A stretch of 64,000 nucleotides of DNA from Leptogorgia sarmentosa (taxonomy: Eukaryota), in contig OZ210885.1 in the NCBI GenBank assembly GCA_964658305.1, forward strand, positions 930,001 through 994,000. The letters are read 5' to 3'. Under the pieces are notes generated by a model. The model saw only the letters and a list, made by a program, of their open reading frames with translations. It did not search any database and was not told the origin of the DNA. The position numbers and the translations under genes were made by a program. Every line of letters begins with the position of its first letter. The stretch's first letter is position 1. This document shows, one piece after another, positions 1 through 13,451 of this stretch.

Positions 1-3000
1 ATTATAAATGGCTAGTTTAACTATTTTATAAGTGTTTCTGCCAGAAAAATATGAGTTCGTTTAAGATTTAGGACAACATAATTATGATGTTCACATCCTT
101 TGAAATCCAAGAGGTTTCTATAATCATCGTCCAGATCATACGGCCAGATAAAGTTTCATGACCGGCAATTTTTGGCTAAGCTGGCATGAAGCCCAGCACT
201 GTATACACTACAATTGTATAGCTACTGCCAGTGCGATAGTGAAGTCATTATATATAGACATGAATATTACCTATGTTGCATTGTTGTAATAATTTGAATT
301 GATGCATGATACACCATCTGAGCTTTCGGTCATTAAGACTCCGACACTGACAGACCATCTGCATCACTGATGAACACTGAATATAGCTACATGTTGTGCT
401 ATCATTAGTTCGTCATGCAAAGCAATAATTCACGTAGAAGATATATGAAGTTAAAATAGCTTTCTATCGTTCCTAGATACCTTCGAATTCGAAATAGTTG
501 CCTTTAAAAAGTACAAAACAAAAACGAAACGAAAATCAACGCAAATAATTATAGTTTAAGCGAGAAGTCCCTAGCATTTTACATTGGGTTTCAACTGGCA
601 TGATATCACCTGTTGTTCTCAATGGAATTCAACATAATGCCAATGTAAATTTCACCTTTCAAGGAATAGAATAGAATTAGATTTTCTGATCAGTGGAATA
701 GCCAAATCCCAACGAAGAGCGTTTGTTAACTGTCGAATTTAATTTGTTTTACCTTCAAGTACCTAATTCACTTCGCTTCCCCCAAAAATTGAATGTGAAA
801 GCAAATTAAAAAATAATTATACATAGATAGATTATAGAAATCGTGCATGTTTACGTAAATTTGAGCTGGCGCTTTGGATTTCATCACATAAAATAATGTG
901 GCAAAACATAATTTATTAAAAGAAATGACCGAAAAGCTAGCTGCATCATACACAGACGTCTTGTCAGGTGAAATCAGTTTTGGAAATCAACATGCAGACA
1001 TGGTGGATATCAACTCAATAAATGATTAATGATGTGCTGTTAAAACAGCACTGTTCTGCTTTCAGAAATTTGTTCTTTTATACGAATAGAGATATGAATA
1101 TATTCGAACTATAACATGTGTTGGACTGTTGGTTTGACATAACTGCAAAGTTGGAATGGATTCAAATGGGCAGCTATTAATCAGGAAATGCAATATGTCC
1201 TCCTTTACATATTTGTAAGTACTCGTGCAGTCTTTCTGTCGCATTAAAACAAGCAATATATAGGTAAGAATTGAGACAGACGTTAATAAAATTCAGATAC
1301 ATGCATTGTTGAACTATAATACAAGTAAGATACACATGCCCGTATAAACATGTAGCTTGGAATTAGGTAGCATATAGCTACAGAATATGCTTTCCAAAAT
1401 TAAAAGTTGCGGTTAGGCTGGAAAAGTTGCACAGTTGGAAAGCATATAATTATATGCTACAAATCTCCCTTCAAACGGAACCAATTCTCGGGTATAGCAA
1501 TACAATGGAAAAGAGAATGCAATATCGCCTTCACTATTTTGTGTCCAAGTAAAATGCACATGCATGCGTCCATTGTTGGAGTGACGCAATATAAAATATC
1601 TCCAAGTATATTTCTACTAACTTACTTCACTTGACGTTTCCTCACAACTTTCTTCAGTATGTTAATAAACTGGAAATAAAGAGAGTTAAATTAGTATATC
1701 AAAAACTTGCACATGAACAGTTAAAACATGATAATGTCGCTTGGATCTGAGTGAAGGGGAACGCAATTTCCCCGTTCATCCGCATGGCAGTGTTATACTG
1801 CTATGTTTCGCACTTACTAGTAGTTTTTTTCTCTGAAAATATTCGCAAATTCGATCCATTATTCTTTTCAGTACATGGAAAATGTGACGAAGTGCCGACA
1901 TAGTTTTATTTCTTTTCAACGATTAATGCTAACCAGAATAGAGAAGCGCTAAACGCTATAGCAGGCGCGCGGACAGACGAGCCTGGGAACGATTAATCAA
2001 GCTGACTGTAGGATTACCTTTCAATATGTACCAAGTGTAGGAATAGTGGATGATGGTATCAAACACATCTGAAGGTTAGTTGGCTTTCTGCAGGAGGAGA
2101 AACAAAAACGTCTCGAAAGCTATTCGTTGAGAATTAGTGTGCCAGGACTGAGGTCATTGACCGGAGCGTTGAATTCTGATTTTTCTTTGAGCTAGTGAGC
2201 TCATCATTAGATATATTTTGGTGACATGAATTTTAGGATCAGCTAGTTTTGAATATTGGTTATTTTGAAAATATTTCTTGCCTAATTTACCAATTTGCCA
2301 AACATGAATTTAGTCTCACAAAAGTCTGTAAACAATTACAATCCAGAAGTTAGACTAATTCGGTTTATCTTGTAAAATCACACGCAGCAAAAATATTAAC
2401 TCGTAATTTAATTGTTGAATCTAAGTCAGTAGAGCTAATTCATATCATCAATCTCTCTGCGAACAATTATAAAGTTATTTATTTTCAAAATGCGATAACC
2501 CACTATTCTGTCATGATGTGGGTTCATTTCTATAATCCTATCTTCGAATCATTGTAATTTATTAACCGGAAAAAGTGGCGGCTATACCAATAAATACCAG
2601 TATGGCGTTACCGACTTTAACTTGGCATGCGCAAATTTAAATATATATCAAGAGTATCAATCTTATATATCATATACTGGTATAACATACACGCGCTTTT
2701 GCTATTAGCTATAGTATAGTTCTATCTTGCTCATAGTTGCATATTATAGTAAATTGATACCTGACATATTTATGAACTTGGTAATAAGTTGTTAATCATA
2801 TCACGGATGTCAACAGCCAAAGATGTCTTGAAGACTTGATATTTCCTGTATAAAATTGATCATAATTTATTAAAATAAGTTTTTCACTGCACAATACCTA
2901 TTTCGTTGTCTAAATCTTCCTGAACATTTTATTAAATTTCTTAAGTTACTTCAGTCACATGAATTACTCTCTGAACACTTTAAGCAATAAATAATCATCT

Positions 3001-4735
3001 ACTTGAACAATATAAAGATTATTAATGTATTATTATAAACAAACTCCCCGCTTGAATTGGTTGTTTGCAATGGTGTGAATTTGGAAGTTCAATTGACGAG
3101 AAATATGACGAAATCTATCCATTAGAAACATTTTAAGAGTTAGAGACACTTTAAGTCGCGATAGATGTGTTACCTTTCTGTTCACCGCGTTACAACCACT
3201 CAGATACTAAGAAAAAGTTTTTCAATTGCCCGTCATTTGGCCGAAACGTCACGTGATTGCAAACAAGCAATTGCAGGGAGACTATAGTGCAAGTAACCTG
3301 CCCCGTCATACCGAATGATCTCTCTAGTATATTCATAATAATTGTTATTCTGCTCATCATATATACATGCAGTCAATTGTTATTTTAAATAAAAGTCTAT
3401 AGATCTTTATGTCAGAAAACTTTGTGAGTCAGTAATGACTTTTTAGCTGATATATTGTATTTAGTATTACCGGACAAATAAAAGTAATATACATTCAACT
3501 AACATTAGCCTTCATTCGAAATCATGCAAACTAGCAGCTAGCTATAGTCATTCCCGGTATCCAGATCAGCAATTAAGGCTCAGAGTTTAATCTGAGTAAT
3601 TTTTGAATAGGATAAAACAAAATTGTGGTATTTTATAAGATGCCACTCAGACTATTTGAAAACTGTCATTCATACCTCATTACATGGACGGTATTGAATA
3701 GTTTGTTTCGTATAAAAAAAATCTGTATCAGAGGGTTACATGCAGCAACACAAATGAATCAATATAGAACTGTGATAGAATTTTAATTCCAAAATTGCAA
3801 AGTATTTACAAACCTTTTCCCATATATGCATGATGTATCTTTAGTTTATACCAAATTTGGTATAAATTAGTGTGCGTTGTTGCGTTCTTCATCTTGACTT
3901 AGCTACTTCCAGTAAGACTTCAATGAGTATAAAATATGTCCCAATATCATTCCCAATTCCGTGATCTCATGACAAAACACTTGCAATCTAACACGTATGA
4001 CCTTGAGAGTCTCTTGTTTATATATTCTCAACAAATATTAGGTGGAACAAGAATAGGCTTGTCGCAGTCACAAGATCATTTCGAAATTTCATTTCATTTC
4101 TACTCATTACCTAAACGAAAATTTCATTAAATCCTCCCTTTGTCTCGACCTTCTATTACTTTGTTTCACACTATATAAATATCCAAGTGGATGATTATTC
4201 ATGGCCAGTCCATTCCATTGCTAAATAAATTGTCATATAGTTTGCAGACTAAATTCGGATGTGTTTCTTCGTTTGCTTGTTGAAATTATTGTCATGAGAT
4301 TCAGGTGAAATTAGAATGTGTCTATGACTTGTATGAACATGTAGGTACAAGCCTGAACAGGGTACATATTTTTGGGAAATACGTCTAATTTAATCCTATA
4401 CAATTGCGAGAAATTAATAAAAACTTGACCTTTTATGACCCAAAATCTGATGTTGTTGCCATGGAATCTGCACGTCTTCAAATAATTTACTTCAAAACAC
4501 TTTTGTTTCAAATTTCACAGTATTTGTTCAAACGTCGCGTTCTGCATGAACCCAGAGTTTACTTGCCTATGCAATTTCCATATAATTTAATGAGAGTAAT
4601 ACGAGGGAATGAAAAATTTAAGTGTAACGTCTTATACGAAATTACTCAGCTAATTAAGTGGGAAGATTAAGCAGCTACAAAATTAATAAGATCCTTTGCA
4701 CGCTATCCGTATATGACTTATCCACAAATATTTCA

Positions 4736-4886
4736 AAAGCGGAATTGATGACAAACTAATTAAGTCTGTAAATCGGAAAATGAACTATTTACCACAAAAG
4801 CGGAATTGATGACAAACTAATTAAGTCTGTAAATCGGAAAATGAACTAAATAAACATTCCCATGCACTAAATAAACATTCCCATGC
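4736..4886. repeat. Short local tandem duplications (61-bp unit x2, then 21-bp unit x2)
   Basis: AAAAGCGGAATTGATGACAAACTAATTAAGTCTGTAAATCGGAAAATGAACTA occurs twice 61 bp apart, followed by ACTAAATAAACATTCCCATGC twice. Confidence 0.85.
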
Positions 4887-5567
4887 TTGAGAAAATAACT
4901 CCGGATCATAAAGTTGACTTTTCTCCCGCTTCACAAATCGGACGTTCATAATCACCTTCAAATCGAAACGAAGATATCGAAGATGTCCCCTTATCCAAAT
5001 CATCTGAATAAACTATAAAGCATAGTTGAAAGTATATTGCATGCATGGACGAAAAACCACAAAAAGCGAATTGAAGCTATATTATTAGGCTAATTATGAT
5101 AAAAGGCGGTTACGCGATCCCGGACGGCAGGTTGAAGTTATAATTATTGCGTTTTATCAAGAGCATAGAATAAAACCCTTTTCCCAACTTTGAAAGACAC
5201 TTTCTCATGCCTTGTGTCCTAACATACGCTTTTGCGGTCCTACGCATGTCAAATGAATAGGGGGAATTATAGATTTTGTCTCAGAAGAGATTGAACAATG
5301 CATGAGGAGAAAGGAGGAAATTTGATATATCTAAGTTATATACATCCATAGACCATACTCAAATCATCAAATATATAGCATTCCGTACTGTAGATGCTAT
5401 GAGGGGAGCTTTGGGGTTGAGCTTTCTTTTTTATGCCATGGCGCAGACTATTTATGAATATGTAAAATATATATTATTATGTAAAATGTGTATGTGCATA
5501 TGGGACAGAAAAAATTTACAACTATAATCATATGTAGCTACAACTTTTATATAGCTCAATTCATATT

Positions 5568-5893
5568 ATTTAAGAAATAGAAAACATTTTCCGTGTTTCG
5601 ATAGAGTTATAGAAATACGCGTGGAAGTTATAGAGAAACTCGAAGTTTCGGGGGAATATACGAACACGAAGTGCAAATGTAAACTTCCACAAGTGTTTCT
5701 AGCTATAACTCTATAGAAACACGGAAAAAATGTTTTCTATTTCCTTTATTAAATAGCCTTTTAAAAACAACAAAAAAGATAAGTGTATTGATTTTAATTA
5801 CGTTCATTCAATATTAATTTTGTTTGTTAAAATTCCTGCGCAATCAACGCAACACGCAACAACGCTATCGACCAATCAAAGCTATTTTATAAA
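5568..5893. mobile_element. Non-autonomous hairpin-ended (Crypton-like) element a
   Basis: Long imperfect hairpin at ~5574-5742 (GAAATAGAAAACATTTT...AAAATGTTTTCTATTTC) with CACGAAGTG near the apex. Short IR TTTATTAAATAGC / GCTATTTTATAAA, with CCAATCA just before the distal IR. It begins with the same ATTTAAGAAATAGA as element c. Confidence 0.6.
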
Positions 5894-6014
5894 TAGCTTT
5901 TGAAAATGTTTTTCATTTCGCTTTCACACTCCCTTCACTGACCTTATTTGCTTATCCATACAATGAAAGCATTTAACACGTCTCGAACTGTTCAAATAAT
6001 CATTTTTCAGTTAG

Positions 6015-6960
6015 CTGGACGCTAATTGAAATTCAAATAAGCTCGATTCCATAATATTCCATGTTGCTGATTGTGCAAGAAAACGTCATTTATTAGGAAT
6101 AAATACTAGTTTATAGCAAGAACTACAAACCACAGGAATAGATTGTCGTATTTTTATTGGTGCGGATAATTATATGTTCAGACTTATCGGAAATCACTAC
6201 AGTATATATACAGCCACCTGCGGCTTTTCTTGAATAATCATAGTTTGCCTACGACGCATTCCCAAGAATTGGACTGAAAATATTGAGAGATTTTAAAAGA
6301 ATTAAACGCAATGGAACCGAACGAGTGTGAACGTCATTTTTTCTAAATTCAAATGTTTTACATTGTCAATAGTAAATCGCTAATGACGAAATCTGGAAAC
6401 ATTTAAATATATATACTGCTTATGTTTACGATTCTAAACATTCGTGTATAGCTATATGACAACAACGCTCGTGTCTTAAATAATTATTTATTCAGCGTGA
6501 CAGCTAACGAAAATTGTAATTATAGCTCGATTCCATAATATTGGATGCTGCAGGAATGCATAGGTCGAGAATATAGAAATACGAGAAGTGAAATAAACTT
6601 GACATATTTTTATTGTTGCGGAAAGTTCACCTCGCATTCCATTCAACATGTTTAGACTTGTCTGAAATCACCATAGCCCCATGCTGCTTTTTTGAACAAT
6701 CACAGTTTGCCTACGAGGCATTAGCAAACCGAATTGGACTGAGAGTATCGAAAGCTTGTAAATGAAATAAACAAAATGAAATGAAATGACAGTGAGCGTT
6801 AGTGATTTTTTTCGAAATTCGAGTGTTTACATTGTCAATATAGCAAAGCGCTAATGACGAAATCTGGGAACATTTGAATATATATAATTCCTTCATGAAT
6901 AATTATCCACTAGCAGGCATTATGTTTGTTTAATTAAACGTTTCTAAACATTCGTGTATG
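6015..6960. repeat. Diverged ~490-bp direct tandem duplication
   Basis: Collinear shared blocks in both halves: AGCTCGATTCCATAATATT, AGTTTGCCTACGA, GCTAATGACGAAATCTGG, TTCTAAACATTCGTGTAT. Confidence 0.75.
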
Positions 6961-7738
6961 TGGCAAAGCAAGCTGTCTCAGCAACCAAAATGTCGCCTAA
7001 TATCATGTTACCAAATCGGATCCTTTTTTATGATCAGCAGAATGGGTAACGTTAAAAATTAATGGCGAAATTATTTGGCGGAATTAGCTCGCAATAAAGA
7101 ACTTGCATTTGCCTTGTATTTCAACGAGAATCTTGAAATACTGAGTAATTATTAGTATTATTAACTATAATTAGTAATTATTACAAGTATAATGATAACT
7201 CTACATTAATTTATTATAACAGTTAAATTCTAGAACATTAGGAAAATTTTATCATAAACCCATTGCAGGAAAAAACTTTGCCAATCCCCCGTAGCATTTA
7301 TTTAAAGTGGTGGATGCAGTTGCTAAGAATATTGCATTTTTATGTTATATATTTTTTCACGATCGGTGTTAGTCGTTTTAAAGAACAGGCCATGCAGTGA
7401 GATGATCAGACAATTCAATATCACAAAGAAACAAGACAACTTTCTGCATTTATTAATATTAGTTTCTGCAATTGTAGAAATGAGAAATTTTGCCGCTGCA
7501 GTACTGCTGTTAAGACCTGATTCCACGGGCGATATTTCTTCGCGAAATGCGAAAATTTTCGCGCGAAATAATTGTACGCATGCGTCATAAAGGCAAATAA
7601 AATTTCTCGAGATCAGGCCTTTGGACGGCCTTGAAAAGATCTTGCCTGTTCAGTGTCCCATTTCCTAAAACAACTTTCTGCATTTGCTAGTTTCGTCTTT
7701 TTAATAAACAATCGCATTAGGAGGGCCAAAAGCGTTCG

Positions 7739-8365
7739 AATGTTCTCAACCATTCAGGCGCATCTACTAAATGATAATATCAGAGAACAACGACAGCAAT
7801 GACATGCAGTGTAATTAATAATTTTGACAGGCGCAAGAATGCGTGTCTAATGGATTAGCTCGCACCAAACGTAGGAATGTTCTCAACCATTCAGGCGCAT
7901 CTACTGAATGATAATATCAGAGAACAACGACAGCAATGATATGCAGTGTAATCAATAATTTTGACAGGCGCAAGAATGCGTGTCTAATGGATTAGCTCGC
8001 ACCAAACGTAGGAATGTTCTCAACCATTCAGGCGCATCTACTGAATGATAATATCAGAGAACAACGACAGCAATGATATGCAGTGTAATCAATAATTTTG
8101 ACAGGCGCAAGAATGCGTGTCTAATGGATTAGCTCGCACCAAACGTAGGAATGTTCTCAACCATTCAGGCGCATCTACTGAATGATAATATCAGAGAACA
8201 ACGACAGCAATGATATGCAGTGCAATCAATAATTTTGACAGGTGCAAGAATGCGTGGATAAAGGATTAGCTCGCACCAAACCTTCCAATGTTCTCAACCA
8301 TTCATGTGCATCTGCTATATCGAAACAGCTGATATCAGAGAAGAACGACAGCAACACCATGCACT
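7739..8365 (+). repeat. 137-bp tandem repeat, ~4.5 copies
   Basis: AATGTTCTCAACCATTCA starts at 7739, 7876, 8013, 8150 and 8287, and the units are near-identical. Confidence 0.95.
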
Positions 8366-9072
8366 GAATATTGCTACGTTGACCTCACCGTTCAGCTGAC
8401 TATAATTAAGCGGACTGATTGTAAATTGCTCGTGGGTGTCTATAAAACCCCTATTTACGTAATCTCTGTTCTATCAGTGAAGTTATTTGCCCATAGCCAA
8501 TGTCGTATCTCTGCGATGCCGATTCCTGCACCCTTGCCATGCACAAGTTCTTTATTATCTTTACTAACAACAAGGTCGCTGACATAAAGTTCCTATTCGC
8601 ACACAAATATTATATTATCACACTTTCGGGGAGTTCTATTTGCGTTTCATTCGGTTTTCAACGGAGAACACTTGATGGAATTTAAGCAATAACTAATAAT
8701 GATCAGGAAGATATCGATCCAGGAAGAAATGAGGCGGAAGATATCTTTTATACATTAAACTATTTAGATTGTAGTAAAAAATGTACACGTCATGCAATAA
8801 GATGAGCGAATGAAAAAAAATTCTTGCAGTTTGCAATAATATAATCACTTAATTGAAGGCGTTGGCATTGGTATGCAGCCAATATTAATTTACCAATATA
8901 ATGTATATATATCGAAGCAGTATTTCTGAATGGTTTTAGTATGATGACAAGCAGATTTTCCAATTTCAACGCAACAATGAAGAAACTCCCTCGAGAGAAA
9001 CTTCACCGGACTTTGCAATTTGGTTTCAAGTCAGCATAGTTGCCGTAGCAATATTCAGTGCATTTGGCAATA

Positions 9073-9293
9073 TGCATGACTTTGCTGTCGTTGTTCTTTG
9101 ATATGAGCTGTTTCGATTTATTAGATGCACATGAATGGTTGAGAACATTGGAAGGTCTGGTGCGTTTCACCTCCCAGCTAATCCATTAGCCACGCATTCT
9201 TGCACCTGTCAAAATTATTGATTACATGCACTGCATCACATTGCTGTCGTTGCTCTCTGATATCAACGTCCAGTAGATGCACATGAATGGTTG
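9073..9293 (-). repeat. Inverted ~1.5 copies of the 137-bp unit
   Basis: Reverse complement of the 7739-8365 unit (TTGCTGTCGTTG, GAATGGTTGAGAACATT, GCATTCTTGCACCTGTCAAAATTATTGATT), followed by a G-rich tract at 9293-9323. Confidence 0.9.
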
Positions 9294-9367
9294 GTTGGGT
9301 GGGGGGTGGGGGGGGGGGGGGTGGATGAATATCAGGGTCGATAACTCCCAACATTGTCGAGAGCGCG

Positions 9368-9463
9368 TATATAAATAAAGCTGGCCAAGGGAGTTTCGGA
9401 GCAGAAGAACTAGCATCAAGAGAAGTCCGCAAGTGAAGCACAAAGATAGCTTTCTGGTAAGTC
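9368..9463 (+). promoter_or_regulatory. Probable TATA box and non-coding first exon of the H-type lectin gene
   Basis: TATATAAATA at 9368, donor GTAAGT at ~9457, and the next acceptor at 9905-9906 precedes the ATG exon. Confidence 0.5.
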
Positions 9464-9928
9464 AACTAAATGTATGTATTTCAAAGAACGAGAATATTTC
9501 CAAACGTTTTCCTACTACCTCGCGGGCGTTTCGCACATAAGGCTGTCTTCATTCTGGGGCGTTTTTGATTATTTTTACGAATAGTTTGACATTTAAAACC
9601 ACGTTGTTTTCGTTCGCATACTTTCCAAAAATCCTCATTTTGTGAAGTCCAAATCGCTATTCTTGCACCTCTGGATCATAGAAAACAAAATTGCATTGTT
9701 TTTCCTTGCTTTTCTTCATTACTTGAAAACATTGAAATGGCTTCACGAATCATTGGCACTGCAGCAGCTCCCCAGTGTCTGGCAGTGTCCACACCCCAGA
9801 ATTGCTAAGTATTTCAAGGTTCTTGTGCGATCAAACTCTTCTTAAGATTGGGAAAATGGTAGCTCTTGGGTGTGTGCTAATTCCAGTGTCTTATTTGACT
9901 TGACAGTTTACTGTTGAAAATTCACATC

Positions 9929-11305
9929 ATGGCTGTTGTGTGGAGAATTTTTGCAACTTTTCTGGTAATGTCTTTAATTTTCATATTTTTATATGAAATT
10001 ACAAATGATTTTTCCTATTAAATATAATAATTTCTTTTTAGATGGTTACCTGTATGGTAAATGCAAAGACAATAAACGAAAGAATGTTTTCAGTATGTAT
10101 TTTTTTTTTACTTAAACACTACTGATATAATTATGTAACTGAAGAATCACTTAGCATACATATCTTGCAAAATAGTACCTTATTCGTTCTTAATTTCGCG
10201 CGTACTTAATTTCGCGATTTTGTCGAAGCCATATTTAGCGAGACTTTATTTTCGCGATTTTGATGACCGAAAATAGAAATAGGGCATTAATTTTCGCGAA
10301 ATACAGATTTGCAAAACCATCATTTATTGAATTTTAACTTTTAACAATTGAATTTTATTGAATTTTAACTTTTATTGAAATTTATATATGTCGATGTCGG
10401 TAAAACGATATGCGAGCTGTACATGTTGTTGTTGATCATATATATCGAGAAATTAACGATTTAACAATTCCAATTTTTTAACTAATGTATTTAATTTCGC
10501 GTGGTTAAATTTCGCGAGGATTTTTATTCGCGCGACTTTAATTTCGCGATTTTTTTTCAATCGCGAAAATCGCGAAATTAAAGTCACGCGAAATTAAGTA
10601 CGAATAAGGTAAGTGTAAGTTTGATCATCATGTTATATATTTTATAATAGAAAAATCTCGAAAATGATGACGACGTAGAGTTGGAACGTCGTACTGTTGC
10701 ATCGGTTGGATGTAAGTATGGCTGTATAAAGTATAATACTAATAGATACAATTGAATGTCACAGAACATTGATATTATAATGACTTCGCTTTGAATTATA
10801 ATTAGGCCTATGTCTTACATTAAACCGCCATTCTCACACCAGTTGGGGAAGTGTGCTTATGCTTTTTGACATTTGTTTCTTCTCCCTTGTTGTAGCAAGG
10901 TATGGAGGTGAAATCGATAAGGCTTTTGTTGAATTAACGACTATAATATTATAGCATATCCACTCATGCTGAAAGTTTAGTTGAATTGAACGAAATGAAT
11001 TTATACTTTTTTAAAGCACGTCATTATTTTCTGTTTTATTAGGTGAAACAGGGTCTACCACGTGGAAGCTTTGTTATCCTAGAGTTTGCAGTGGGGAAAC
11101 CCTCGGCATTGAATTGAAAGGAAACTACGTTTCTCCACCTACTGTTAGTGTTGCCCTCGCCTCTATTGATTTTGACAGGAGATATAATACTCGTGTGCGC
11201 ACCTACGTTTCTGATGTAACCACATCAGGCTTTAAGCTAGAATATAAGCCTTATTCTGACACAAAGCTGTATGGAATACAACTTTCTTGGACTGCTTGTG
11301 CCTAA
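9929..11305 (+). CDS. Secreted H-type lectin, ~117 aa (exons 9929-9964, 10042-10092, 10896-10899, 11043-11305)
   Basis: Signal peptide MAVVWRIFATFLMVTCMVNA. The last exon reads ...YVSPPTVSVALASIDFDRRYNTRVRTYVSDVTTSGFKLEYKPYSDTKLYGIQLSWTACA, matching the H-type lectin pattern (PP-V-V-L--lD, N-R, VT--GF, SW-A). All introns are GT-AG and the total of 354 nt is in frame. Confidence 0.8.
10178..10608. mobile_element. Tc1/mariner-type MITE in a lectin intron
   Basis: TA|CCTTATTCGT(T/A)CTTAATTTCGCG ... CGCGAAATTAAGTACGAATAAGG|TA, giving TIRs with a TA TSD and multiple TTTCGCG subterminal motifs. Confidence 0.85.
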
Positions 11306-11709
11306 TCTATGTTATTTGGCAGGATGATGGCTTATGAACTGTAGTTTTATCTATTTGCTGTTTTTAACCAGTATATGGTTATTTGGTGTTTATGTATGAC
11401 GTGTGTTGTGTAACGCTTAATAATAGCTTTGCTACTTGAAATATAACCTTGATATTTTAAAATTTGATGATTGTTTTTTCTTGTGTAAAATATCATAACA
11501 TGATGCGGTATAAAGTGCACATTCAGCCATTTCAAATTTAGCTTATATTCAATGATACCAGCAGGACGCATTTCACTTGAAAATATAGTTTAATCAATAA
11601 GAAAACATACTTTTTGCTTAATATTCAAGCTTTCTAATTCTAATGACATGCATATAATTATATCCGGCATGTTTGTTTTTATCGAAATTTTTTCGCCTTC
11701 TACCTTAAT

Positions 11710-11826
11710 TGGTGACTTAATGCATTAAAACTCTGGCAACCGAAATCATGAACGGGGAATTTAAAACATCGGTATCAATGCCGATCGCCCACGTAGCCTA
11801 TTTATGAATATGGCTTTGAGTGAACT
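11710..11826 (+). repeat. Left arm of a diverged inverted repeat pair (partner 15261-15405)
   Basis: TGACTTAATGC, ACTCTGGCAACC, TGAACGGGGAA, GCCGATCGCCCACG and TGAATATGGCTTTGAGTGA all recur as reverse complements at 15261-15405. Confidence 0.75.
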
Positions 11827-11860
11827 ATATTATAAATACTGATTAACGATTGATAACAAA

Positions 11861-12254
11861 TATTATTATTAATTTCAAATTATTCAAGAGTTTTGATTGG
11901 TTAAGAGCAGTGCATTAAATCCTCATATACGACATTATGGCGTAATTATGTCGTATATTGAAAATTATATGACATTATGACGTCGCCTAATTTATGCTGC
12001 TTATGCCAAAAGCTGAAAAAATACAAATGGCTTCCTCAAAGAAGGTTCTTGTGTACAATGCGTTTACCCTATGTCTGATAAAGATACAAATAAATAATAA
12101 AACAATTATTGAATTCGGTTCTCGCAGGATATGCTGAATTATTAAGGCCTCGGTTTGTGTTATTTGCCTCAGCCTTCGGCTTCTGAAAATAACACAAACC
12201 TCGGCCTTAATAATTCCTCATATCCTACTCGACCTCATTCAATAATTGTTTATT
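11861..12254. mobile_element. Non-autonomous hairpin-ended (Crypton-like) element b, in the opposite orientation to a/c/d/e/f
   Basis: TGATTGG at ~11894, and a hairpin at ~12100-12252 (AAACAATTATTGAAT...ATTCAATAATTGTTT) with GCCTTCGGC near the apex. Confidence 0.65.
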
Positions 12255-12463
12255 CTTTGTTATCAGTCACAAGATGCTATCAATGATATAAGAAACTGCA
12301 AATGTGGCCAGTGTAGCTATGTAGCGGCACTTCACTCAAAACATCGAACCCTTGCATTGATGTAGTTCGATATCAACGATAAAGCACGTCACGCACGAAC
12401 AATTTTCCTATGCCCTGTTTTTATGTGGCAAGTGTTATTTTCGCGTCTCAGTGCATGTACGCT

Positions 12464-13324
12464 CAGGTTTTTCTGTGACAAGTGTCGAGTCAATATCGCG
12501 ATAACAAGCAGACTTTCAATCAACTTTGTATCTTCAAACGATTGAAATTCAATCTATTTATCCATAAGAACGATCTATACGGGATTGTTCTGACTGACCA
12601 AACATTTTTATTGAAAATAAATCCTACGCGCGGGTAAAAGAAAAATGAGTCTAAAATAAGTAATTATGCTTAATCAAATTTCAATCATTTCCGATTTAAA
12701 GAAGCTTATTCTTGGCCTGCTATTGCCGCACACGCGAAGTTTGAGCAATATATGATTGTCTTGGAATTTGAAATCTTTATACAAAGATTCAAATGATTCC
12801 CATGCACTCATCTTTATCGACTGACATATTTCAATTGAATTGCATACTGAAAGAGTATTTTTGAATTTAAATTCAATCGCTATTAGACCGGCTGACATAT
12901 TTTGAAAATTGAGAGAAAGCCCGATCACCATTATATGGGCGTTACAAGCGTCGTGCTTTGTTCTCTGCGACAAGGTCTTATGTGCTTAGACCTGGTTTAT
13001 ACGTGGCATGCTCTTATGTCAAATTTTCGTCGTGTCAAATGCAATTCAAACAATAGATAATGAAGTAAGACACCTCAAAAAGTTTGCCATAAGAGCAATG
13101 TCTAAACTGGGCCTAAGTTTTGTAGTTTGCTATAATTATATGCTGGACCGCGGTGTGTACAGCCAGCTTCTATGCATGATCGGAATAATTTTGATGCAGT
13201 ATAATCATCGCCGCGAAATGAGCAGAATGATTTTAGTTTGAAGTTTTCCTGACCCATGCAGACGACCAAAGTATAAACTAGCATGCGACCTGTTGAACAA
13301 CTACACTTGTCACAGAAAAACCAG
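12464..13324. mobile_element. Non-autonomous TIR element
   Basis: Terminal IR C(A/T)GGTTTTTCTGTGACAAGTGT at both ends. No clear TSD and no coding capacity. Confidence 0.55.
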
Positions 13325-13451
13325 TTCCACTGGTTCTTGTTCCACTGGTTCCTAATCTTTATGGGAGAACACTGACCAGAACTAACTTATTAAGTTAGTT
13401 CATTGTTCCTTGTGTGGTCAATTATTATCAGACACAACTGGATGAATATAT

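Noticed and set aside
1..4700. Short ORFs in the first 4.7 kb
   Set aside because: AT-rich with no recognisable domain or consistent exon chain. Small exons cannot be excluded.
8400..8700. Possible coding remnant between the 137-bp repeat arms
   Set aside because: No recognisable protein motif in the frames I read.
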